From contig NIVC01001387.1 in the NCBI GenBank assembly GCA_002269645.1, positions 128,136 through 192,135 of the forward strand: 64,000 nucleotides of DNA. The letters run 5' to 3'. Of this stretch, positions 14,152-24,687 are shown piece by piece. Origin of the DNA: Macrostomum lignano. Its lineage: Eukaryota. The position numbers were made by a program, and so were the translations under genes. Numbering within the stretch: position 1 is the first letter of the stretch; each line of letters starts with the position of its first letter. The notes under the pieces are model-generated. The model saw only the letters and a list, made by a program, of their open reading frames with translations. It had not been told where the DNA came from and did not search any database.

Positions 14152-14817
14152 TCAAACAATCTCGTAAAGCTCCGCAGACGCCGGCGCACTGCCGAGGCTG
14201 TCAGACGCAGCCTGCTGAGTTGAGGAAGAGGAGGAGGTCGTAGTCGCCGTCGTAGTCGGAGGTCGAAACGCACCGCCGCTACTAAAAGTTGGCGACTCTA
14301 ACAGACTGTGCTCGGGCGTTGCCGGGGAATCTTCGAATAGCGTCGATTGCGGCATCTTAGCCGATGTTGCAGTTGGCAACTGTTGCAGCTGTTGCAGTTG
14401 TTGCAATTGCTGCAACTGCAGTTGCTGATATTGCAACTGCTGCAGTTGCTGTTGGTAGTGCTTCTGCTGTTGCTGCTGCTGCAGATCCAGGGTAGCGGCA
14501 GTCATGAGCTCCAGCAGCCTGGCGTAGGTCTTATACCGGATTGCTTCGTTCTGCAGGAAGGACACGTGTCTCGCGTGCTCACTGCTAGACTGGCCGCCAG
14601 ACGAGGAACCGGAAGCGCCGCTGCCGCTACTTCCGGTGGAATTTTGACGACGCAAATTAGCTGGCGAAGGAGTGGCCGCTGGACTGGAGGAGTTGTCGCC
14701 TGATGCAGCTGCTGCCGCCGCAGAGCCGCTCACATTGTTGTTGTCTTTGTTAGCTGGGCTGCTGCTGCCTGCGACGTCTCCGCTGAGAAATTGCAGCTCT
14801 CGCTCGATTTGCAGCAC
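14152..14817 (-). CDS. PSD: PSD/EFA6 homolog last exon (coiled coil EAIRYKTYARLL, polyQ, stop)
   Basis: CAG acceptor at 14818-14819; EFA6-like E..RY.TY..LL motif; TGA at 14152-14154. Confidence 0.88.
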   Translation of the reverse strand: MLQIERELQFLSGDVAGSSSPANKDNNNVSGSAAAAAASGDNSSSPAATPSPANLRRQNSTGSSGSGASGSSSGGQSSSEHARHVSFLQNEAIRYKTYARLLELMTAATLDLQQQQQQKHYQQQLQQLQYQQLQLQQLQQLQQLQQLPTATSAKMPQSTLFEDSPATPEHSLLESPTFSSGGAFRPPTTTATTTSSSSSTQQAASDSLGSAPASAELYEIV

Positions 14818-14988
14818 CTGAGGGGCGTTTGATGAAGCCAGTTATTAAATATGAGTTGGATTTGGCAGCTGCGCAACAGATAAGTTCAGTCGGGAGTAAA
14901 AAAAAGAGAGTATTGAAACATTTATGGAGAAGTGACTAAACAGATTAAGATCAAGATTAATTTAATAACAGGGTTTCCACTAGGGAAG

Positions 14989-17590
14989 AATAACAGGGTT
15001 TCCACTAGGGAAGAATAACAGGGTTTCCACTAAGGAAGTAAATGGTTTCCATAAGCAAAGAAGAATGTTTTCCACTAAGGAAGAAAAATAGTGTTTCTAT
15101 TAAGGAAGAAGAATAGGGTTTCCACTAGGGAAGAAGAATAGGGTTTCCACTAGGGAAGAAGAATAGGGTTTCCACAAGGGAAGAAGAATAGGGTTTCCAC
15201 TAAGGAAGAAGAATAGGGTTTCTACTAGGGAAGAAGAATAGGGTTTCCACTAGGGAAAAAGAATAGGGTTTCCACTAGGGAAGAAGAATAGGGTTTCTAC
15301 TAGGGAAGAAGAATAAGGTTTCCACTAGGGAAAAAGAATAGGGTTTCTACTAGGGAAGAAGAATAAGGTTTCCACTAGGGAAAAAGAATAGGGTTTCCAC
15401 TAGGGAAGAAGAATAGGGTTTCCACTAGGGAAGAAGAATAGGGTTTCCACTAGGGAAGAAGAATAGGATTTCTACTAGGGAAGAAGAATAGGGTTTTCAC
15501 TAGGGAAGAAGAATAGGATTTCTACTAGGGAAGAAGAATAAGGTTTCCACTAGGGAAGAAGAATAGGGTTTCCACTAGGGAAGAAGAATAGGATTTCTAC
15601 TAGGGAAGAAGAATAGGGTTTCCACTAGGGAAGAAGAATAGGATTTCCACAAGGGAAGAAGAATATGATTTCCACTAAGGAAGAAGAATAGGGTTTCGAC
15701 TAGGGAAGAACAGGGTTTCCACTAGGGAAGAAGAATATGATTTCCACTAAGGAAGAAGAATAGGGTTTCCACTAGGGAAGAACAGGGTTTCCACTAGGGA
15801 AGAAGAATATGATTTCCACTAAGGAAGAAGAATAGGGTTTCCACTAGGGAAGAACAGGGTTTCCACTAGGGAAGAAGAATAGTATTTCCACTAAGGAAGA
15901 AGAATAGGGTTTCGACTAGGGAAGAAGAATAGAGTTTCCACTAGGGAAGAAGAATATGATTTTCACTAAGGAAGAAGAATAGGGTTTCGACTAGGGAAGA
16001 ACAGGGTTTCCACTAGGGAAAATAGGATTTCTACTAGGGAAGAAGAATATGATTTCTACTAGGGAAGAAGAATAGGGTTTCCACTAGGGAAGAACAGGGT
16101 TTCCACTAGGGAAGAACAGGGTTTCCACTAGGGAAAAATAGGATTTCTACTAGGGAAGAAGAATAGTATTTCCACTAGGGAAGAAGAATATGATTTCCAC
16201 TAAGGAAGAAGAATAGGGTTTCCACTAGGAAAGAACAGGGTTTCCACTAGGGAAGAACAGGGTTTCCACTAGGGAAAATAGGATTTCTACTAGGGAAGAA
16301 GAATATGATTTCCACTAAGGAAGAAGAATAGGGTTTCCACTAGGAAAGAACAGGGTTTCCACTAGGGAAGAAGAATATGATTTCCACTAAGGAAGAAGAA
16401 TAGGGTTTCCACTAGGGAAGAACAGGGTTTCCACTAGGGAAGAACAGGGTTTCCACTAGGGAAAAATAGGATTTCTACTAGGGAAGAAGAATAGTATTTC
16501 CACTAGGGAAGAAGAATATGATTTCCACTAAGGAAGAAGAATAGGGTTTCCACTAGGAAAGAACAGGGTTTCCACTAGGGAAGAACAGGGTTTCCACTAG
16601 GGAAAATAGGATTTCTACTAGGGAAGAAGAATATGATTTCCACTAAGGAAGAAGAATAGGGTTTCCACCAAGGTAGAACAGGGTATCCACTAGGGAAAAA
16701 TTAGGATTTCTACTAGGGAAGAAGAATAGTATTTCCACTAAGGAAGAAGAATAGGGTTTCCACTAGGGAAGAACAGGGTTTCCACTAGGGAAGAACAGGG
16801 TTTCCACTAGGGAAAAAATAGGATTTCTACTAGGGAAGAAGAATAGTATTTTCACTAGGGAAGAAGAATAGTATTTCCACTAGGGAAGAAGAATAGTATT
16901 TCCACTAGGGAAGAAGAATAGTATTTCCACTAAGGAAGAAGAATAGGGTTTCCACTAGGGAAGAAGAATAGTATTTCCACTAGGGAAGAAGAATAGTATT
17001 TCCACTAAGGAAGAAGAATAGGGTTTCCACTAGGGAAGAACAGGGTTTCCACTAGGGAAGAACAGGGTTTCCACTAGGGAAAAAATAGGATTTCTACTAG
17101 GGAAGAAGAATAGTATTTTCACTAGGGAAGAAGAATAGTATTTCCACTAGGGAAGAAGAATAGTATTTCCACTAGGGAAGAAGAATAGTATTTCCACTAG
17201 GGAAGAAGAATAGTATTTCCACTAGGGAAGAAGAATAGTATTTCCACTACGGAAGAAGAATAGGGTTTCCACTAGGGAAGAAGAATAGTATTTCCACTAG
17301 GGAAGAAGAATAGTATTTCCACTAGGGAAGAAGAATAGTATTTCCACTAGGGAAGAAGAATAGTATTTCCACTAAGGAAGAAGAATAGGGTTTTCACTAG
17401 GGAAGAAGAATAGTATTTCCACTAGGGAAGAAGAATAGTATTTCCACTAGGGAAGAAGAATAGTATTTCCACTAGGGAAGAAGAATAGGGTTTCCACTAG
17501 GGAAGAAGAATAGTATTTCCACTAGGAAAGAAGAATAGGGTTTCCACTATGGAAGACAAAGCTTCCACTAGGGAAGACCAATAGGGTTTC
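14989..17590. repeat. 24-bp minisatellite (TTTCCACTAGGGAAGAAGAATAGG) filling PSD intron 3
   Basis: More than 100 tandem copies. Confidence 0.97.
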
Positions 17591-17644
17591 CAATGAATAA
17601 CGATAGCTTCCAGCACGAGTAAAGAGATGGGTATTAAAGCAAAC

Positions 17645-18583
17645 CTGTTCCTGATGCCTCTCCAGCTGTTCAGCCGGTCCAAAATGGCTGGGCACGCTGG
17701 GCAGAAGCGGCCTGGCGTAGGCCGAAGCTGGCTGACTGCCAACCGGCGGTGGCAGAGCCGGAGACGACAGCAACGCCGCGGCCCGGTTCACCGCCACCAC
17801 CCATTCGTCCAGCTCCTCGGCTGATTGGCACTGCAGCAGGTATTCCGCACCGTTTGCTAGTCGAAGCCGCCACACGTGACGTCGTTTAGCGTAGTCGCCG
17901 GCCGGACTAGCCAGAGAGTGATGCACTCGCAGTTCGTCCTGCACACCTGCAGTTGGCTGTTCGCTAGTTGCTGCCGCAGCTGCCGCCGATTCGTCTTTGT
18001 GCAGCAGCAGGCGCAGGTCGACCAATACGCAGTAGATTCGGCGCCAAGCTCGCCGGCCTTTGCGAGTTCGACGACCGCCGGCGTCCAGAATCTGCTTTCG
18101 GGATAGATAGCCTCGACGGAATTCGAACCCGGGACCTTGCTGTTGTTGTTGTTGCTGTTGCTGCTGCTGCTGTTCGTCTTGAAGATTCGAGGACAGACTG
18201 GAATCGTAAGGGCCGTTGAAGACGCCGCCGGCGTGCTGAGGCGTCGGTCGTAAGACGCAGACGCCGCCGCCGCCGTTGCCAGCCGGCTGCTGCATCAGCA
18301 GATGCTGCGGCACAATAGGACCGCTAGCCGGCTGTAAAATCGGTTGCGCCTTAATCGCTTGGTAAAGAGATTTCAACACCTCCCTAGGATAATTGTCGCC
18401 TTCGTTTAGATTGGCCAGATTGTCGATAAACTGCTGACTGGTCATTCGCTGGCCGGTCATGCCGTGCAGGTCTTTGTTCAGTAATAGCAGAGCGCAGGCC
18501 AGGGTGTGGCAGGAGTCGGCGCTCGGGTAGCTGGCCGGGTTGCAGCGCAGGTAGGACTTGGCAAAGTGAAGCAGTACTCGCTC
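17645..18583 (-). CDS. PSD: PSD/EFA6 homolog exon 3 (C-half of Sec7 plus PH domain)
   Basis: ERVLLHFAKSY, LLLNKDLHG, MTSQQFIDNL; PH motifs GYLSRK...GRRAW, HHSLA...DYAKRRHVWRLR, RPLLPS; 939 nt in frame. Confidence 0.93.
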
Positions 18584-18669
18584 CTGCGTTTTAGTTGCCA
18601 AGGGATTATAATAGGATAGGATTAGAATGCATCATTTTTTACAGGAGCAAGAAGAAATGGCAGATACGA

Positions 18670-19570
18670 TAGAGATGGGATAGAACACGAGGAACATGTA
18701 TGATGGAATACATAATAGAGCGGGGATAGAACACGGAATAGAAAAAGGATAGAACAAGGATTAAAACGGGGATAGAACACGGAATAGAAAGGGGATAGAA
18801 CACGGATTAGAGCGGGGATAGAACACGGAATGGAAAGGGGATAGAACACGGAATGGAAAGGGGATAGAACACGGAATGGAAAGGGGATAGAACACGGAAT
18901 GGAAAGGGGATAGAACACGGAATGGAAAGGGGATAGAACACGGAATGGAAAGGGGATAGAACACGGAATGGAAAGGGGATAGAACACGGATAAGAACGGG
19001 GATAGAACACGGAATGGAAAGGGGATAGAACACGGAATGGAAAGGGGATAGAAAACGGAATGGAAAGGGGATAGAACACGGAATAAAAATGGGGATATAA
19101 CACGGAATGGAAAGGAGATAGAACAAGGAATAGAAAGGGGATAGAACACGGAATAGAACGGGGATAGAACACGGATTAGAATGGGGATAGAACACGGAAT
19201 ATAAAGGATATAAAATATGGAATAGAAAGGGGATAGAACACGGATTAGAACGGGGATAGAACAAGGAATAGAAAGGGGATAGAACACGGAATGGAAAGGG
19301 GATAGAACACGGAATGGAAAGGAGATAGAACACGGAATGGAAAGGGGATAGAAAACGGAATGGAAAGGAGATAGAACACGGAATGGAAAGGGGATAGAAC
19401 ACGGAATGGAAAGGAGATAGAACACGGAATGGAAAGGGGATAGAACACGGAATAAAAATGGGGATATAACACGGAATGGAAAGGAGATAGAACACGGAAT
19501 AGAAAGGGGATAGAACACGGAATAGAACGGGGATAGAACACGGATTAGAATGGGGATAGAACACGGAATG
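18670..19570. repeat. 23-bp minisatellite (GGGATAGAACACGGAATGGAAAG) filling PSD intron 2
   Basis: Tandem copies. Confidence 0.96.
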
Positions 19571-19630
19571 AAAAGGAAAATACAAATCAGAAATAGAAGC
19601 CATGATGAAGCATTCAAACTCCTAGTTCAC

Positions 19631-20209
19631 CTGGTCGGCGGTGTCCCCAAGCAGACAGAAGCGACTGAGAAACTTGCGCAGCGCTGCGTCAAGCGTATCG
19701 CCGGTGAAATCAAAATTATTTGCGTACTCCTCGCCAACAATAGTATTGAAATCGTTCTTCCTAGACAGGTGCTTGGCCACGTCGGTAAATTTGAAGCCTT
19801 CCAGCAGGTACAGCCGACGCGCCAGACGAGCGGCAGCCTCGCGATCCGCGGCCTTTGGCGGCTGATGATAGATGCTCTCGGGCAGGGACTCGGTGTCCGA
19901 GCCGCCGTCTGGGGGACTGCGCAATCCGCCGTCCTCCTGACAGGAGCCTTCGGCGCCTTCAGCGTCTCGCAACGGCAACCGCAGGCGATCGGTTTCGACT
20001 GAAGCCTCATTACGCGGTTGGTCATCGTCGATATTATCATCATCGTCAACTTCGCCGACTTCAATGCCTGGCGTCGGAGCTACAGATGACCAATTTAGGT
20101 TAATGCCTTTGCGTTGGATTACCGGTGACAAATTGTTGCTGCCGCTGGTGCCCAGACCGCCGTTGACTGCGGCGCTAGGTTGGTCCGATAGTAGTCTCTC
20201 CAGTAGTAA
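19631..20209 (-). CDS. PSD: PSD/EFA6 homolog exon 2 (N-half of Sec7 domain: AARLARRLYLLEGFK...LRKFLSRFCLLGDTADQ)
   Basis: EFA6-type Sec7 motifs; AG acceptor at 20210-20211, GT donor at 19630; 579 nt in frame. Confidence 0.9.
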
Positions 20210-20289
20210 CTGACGGGTGTTTGCAGAATTTTTTGCTTTGTAAAGTTCATTTTGTTTGAAATTATTTTATGAACACCTGTCTAATATTG

Positions 20290-21600
20290 AGCCTTCAGTG
20301 ACTCCATCTACACCCTCTCTGAGCCTTCAGTGACTCCCTCTACACCCTCCCTGATTCTTTAGTGATTTTATCTACATCCTCCCTGATTCTTAAGTAACTC
20401 CATCTACACCCTCCCTGATCCCTTCAGTGACTTCATCTACACCCTCCCTGATCCTTCAGTGACTTCATATACACCCTACCTGGTTCGTTAGTGACTCCAT
20501 CTACACCCTACCTGGTTCGTTTGTGACTCCATCTACACCCTCCCTGATCCTTCAGTGACTCCATCTACATCCTCCCTGATCCTTCAGTGACTCCATCTAC
20601 ACCCTACCTGGTTCGTTTGTGACTCCATCTACACCCTCCCTGATCCCTTCAGTGACTCCATCTACACCCTCTCTAATCCTTCAGTCAGTTTATCTACACC
20701 CTCTCTAATCCTTCAGTCAGTTTATCTACACCCCATCTGATCCTTCAGAGACTTCATCTACACCCTCCCTGATCCTTCAGTGACTCTATCTACACCCTCC
20801 CTGATCCTTCAGTGACTCCATCTACACCCTCCCTGATCCTTCAGCAGTAGCTTATAGTGAATTCAATAATGCACTTATAAAGGTCAGTTACGCTCTTAAA
20901 CCAGAAATATTTAAGCAGACTTTGAGTCACGAGCAAGGCGTTGGGGGTAGGCAGATCAATTAGTTTGTTGCAGTGCATTAAATCACTTGACAACTATGCT
21001 GTGGCTCCACATTAAAAAATTCTTTCGTGATTATATATTTTTATTAATTTAGAAGTCTGCTGAGAGTATAAGAGGTGGACATACTAGACCAAAATTTGCA
21101 TATTCATTTAATTATCACTAAGAACTATGGCTGGCAATTGGCATTGCATTGTGCAGGGTAAAATAAAATTCAATTGCGTCTTTACTTTGGTAAATGTTGA
21201 GCTGCACTATTCAAGCTAAGGCTAGGCACCGCAGTGCTATTGTTTGCCCACGACTTTGAATGGGAACACACCACTTTGTACCCACCCTGATCCTTCAGTA
21301 CACCCCTTTGTACCCACCCTGATCCTTCAGTACACCCCTTTGTACCCACCCTGATCCTTCAGTACACCCCTTTGTACCTAAACTGATCCTTCAGTACACC
21401 CATTTGTACCCAAACTGATCCTTCAGTACACCCATTTGTACCCAAACTGATCCTTCAGTACACCACTGATCCTTCAGTACACCACTGATCCTTCAGTACA
21501 CCAGTGATGCCTCAGTACACGAGTGATGCTTCATTTTACATCCCTGATGCTTCAGTACACCCCTGATGCTTCAGTACACCAGTGATGCTTCAGTACACCG
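20290..21600. repeat. Two CCCTGATCCTTCAG-core minisatellites in PSD intron 1 (20290-20845 and 21275-21600)
   Basis: Units of about 32 bp and of 33/22 bp. Confidence 0.92.
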
Positions 21601-21645
21601 CAGCCCTATAGTAAAAGTACACACAGAGACGCCAGACCCTCTCAC

Positions 21646-21939
21646 CGAGCTGTCCGGCTTCACCCGATGCCCGACAATCTCATCAAACCGCTGCCGCTGC
21701 TGGATCTGCTGATAGCGCCAAGCGGCATCTGCAGCATCCGCCTCATCGTAACTATCTCGCTGATTTGTTGACGCTCCGTCAAAGACGTCTTCGCCAACAT
21801 CGCGGGACGAATCGCTGCTACTGTCGTCCATGAAGGACAGATCTTCGCCAGCTAGAAGATCTTCAATACTGCGACGTTCCAACTGCTGACTGCATGAAGT
21901 CGGGCTCAAGCCGCCTCCGCCACCATTGGTGGTGGCCAT
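21646..21939 (-). CDS. PSD: PSD/EFA6-family ARF-GEF homolog, coding exon 1 (low-complexity N-terminus)
   Basis: ATG at 21939; GC-rich open frame ending in a GTGAG donor at 21645; 294 nt, phase 0 joins the next exon. Confidence 0.7.
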
Positions 21940-23287
21940 GCCTGATGACCTCAACCAGCTAGTTGACGATTTTATTTATAATTTTTTGACTTATTTGTTC
22001 AACTAAAAATATTGAATCTTTAAAAATCTATAGAATTCTTGGTCAGCTACTGCTAAGGGTAGAAATTCATGTGCTACATTAGCAAACTATTTAATAGTTG
22101 TATGTTTGTCTTGCCAATTGCCAATTATTACAGCTGGAATGTATTGTTTGCTTTGAGATAAAAAAATGTATGCTAAAATATTTAAAAAATTTCAGCAATG
22201 CTTTAATAGAGCCATAGAAAAGCAAAAAGCAAAGCTTTATAGATACTAATAAATTAGTTTGAAAATGTTCTTTTGCAAATTAATAACTGCAAAATGAGGT
22301 AGTGCTCCTTTTCTACTATTTGTTTATAGTAATAATACTACAATTATAGTTTTTTGTTTCTTAGAAATACTGTATGCAAATTTTCTGCTAAAATAATTTG
22401 TTTAAAATGTGTTTCTAAAATGGAATAAATAGAATTCAAATCTGAGAAAAGCAAGACAACTTGATTTTCAAAAAGCTACTAATATACTTAATTACTAATA
22501 TATTAATTATAAATTAACTATAAAAACTTTTTAGATAAAGATGATCACTGTGCTTAAAAGGGGCCTAGGCAAAATACATTGTTTTGTAAATTTTAAATAC
22601 AAAAAGCATTATTAAATTTTGATTATAAAGCTAATTTTTTAAATTAAGTTTATTCAACTTAGCAAATAAGACGTATCAAATAGAAAAAGATACTGAAAAA
22701 TCTTTTTTAGAATCTTACTAAAGGGACACAAGGAACTTTACTGCTTCTAGGCTGATGATCATATTTTTATACCTAAATTATAATTTTAGATTCTTTATGT
22801 TTCAATAATATTTAATTTTTTACAATTGCAAAAAAACCTATACATATAAACCTTTTGGAGTTGTACTAGTTTGCTAGAAATGTATAAATAAGTACATAAG
22901 TTTTGTACAAAAATTCCATCCTAAAGGAGAAAATTCTGGAAGGTAAAGCCCAAGGCCAAGGAGGGAGGCCATTTGGTCCCTTTATATATTTTTAAATATC
23001 TGCCAAAAGAGAACCATCTATGAAATACAAGAGCCCCTGTTTTTAAGATTGTCATAGGTTTTTTAAATAGACAATCATTATTTGCATGGTAACTAAAATA
23101 AAAAAGACCTTATATTTTATAAATAGTTATCTTATTAGAGACTACTTAATATTTATCTCTGTATCTTTTATTTTCCTAATGACTTTCAATTTAAACTAAC
23201 TACAGCCAATACATAGAGTTTAGGCCTAATTTGTGTGCTTATAGCTGATTATTTTTTATTAGCTTATACTTTTTATAATGCAAAGTA

Positions 23288-24593
23288 CAAGGGTTGTTTG
23301 GAAAGTCCGCGATCAAACATGCTGCATTTTTTAAAACATGCATATCTTTTTTTGAGTCACTACTTTGTCTTGAAACTTTATACCATAGATAAATATCATA
23401 CCCTGAATGTTTTAAATCAAGAGTGGTCTTGTTTGGGCCAGGAATTTCCTTCTTGCAGTGCTTTTAGTCACACACAAATTCCATCACTATGCTGAAAAAC
23501 GAAGAAGCAAAGTGAAGTGTCATTTGGTTTTTGTGAAAACAAGGAAAGCAACAGGCAGAAATTCTTTGCAAGTTGCAAGCAATGTATGGCAAATGTGCAC
23601 CATCAAAAACAATGGTCAACAAGTGGGTGCAGCATTTTGTAGACAGCTGGGAGACAGTCAATGACCTTCCACGGAGTGGCCGGCCTGCCACCATGGTCAA
23701 CAGGTCAAACATTGAGCTTGAGCATTATGCTCTAGATGTTGACTGCCGAGCTACAGTGTGAGAGTTGTCAACCATTACTGGCATCTTATCAATGGCCATT
23801 CATTCAATCATGATGGTTGAGCTCGGTATGTCACGAGTTGTTGCTCATTGGGTCCCAAAACTTCTGACTGACCAGCAGCAGCAATAGCGGGTCCAGGTGT
23901 GTTGGCAGCTCCTCCAGTCATATTGCACTTATCCCAACTTTTTGGACCGGATTGTGACTGGGGATGAATCCTGGTTTCATTATAGTGAGCCAGAGTCCAA
24001 GATGCAGAGCAGTGTGTGGAAGGCCAGCCATGACTGCACCTTCAGCTGGCAAACAAATGACCACTGTCTTCTAGGACAAGGAGGGTATTCTGCTCATCGA
24101 ATGGCTTCCTCATGGTGCCACAATAAACAGTGAGTACTATATCCAAGTCCTGCAGAAGTTGTGTGAAGCCATCAAAGCCCAGCAGCATGGCAAGCTGAGC
24201 CGTGGCATCTTGCTTCAGCATGACAATGCCAGGCCGCATACCAGCCAGGCAACAATGGTTGCCATTTCAGACCTGGGCTTTAAGGTGCTGCCATACCCGC
24301 CCTACTTGCCAGACCTCGCACCCAATGACTTCTGGCTGTTTGGAGAGGTGAAAAAACCCTCTAAGGTTGCCAGTATAGCTCTCTACAGACCCTGGCATCA
24401 GCCATCAGCCAGTGGGTCAGGGGGTCACCTGCTGATTTCTATGCTACCGGCATCGAGAAGTTGCCTGAGAGGTGGCACAAGTGCATAAGCCTCAAGGGTG
24501 CCTACATTGAGAAGCAGGAAGAGTAGCATTACATTTGTTCAATCTATTAAACTGCTGGACATATTTGATTGCAGACTTTCTAAACAACCCTCA
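23288..24593 (+). mobile_element. Full-length but decayed mariner (DD34D) transposon, 1306 bp
   Basis: About 34-bp imperfect TIRs (CAAGGGTTGTTTGGAAAGTCCGCGATCAAACATG / CATATTTGATTGCAGACTTTCTAAACAACCCTCA); TA duplicated at 23286-23287 and 24594-24595. Confidence 0.95.
23489..24526 (+). pseudogene. Mariner transposase pseudogene
   Basis: Motifs SGRP, WVPKLL, TGDESW, HDNARPH and PDLAPNDFWLF, interrupted by several in-frame stops and frameshifts. Confidence 0.93.
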
Positions 24594-24687
24594 TACAAAG
24601 GGTGTTTCAAAAGAAACAAACAAGAATATAACTCATTTGCCTTAAAAGGATAGATTTATGGTCAGTTAAATATAACTGGACTATAGC

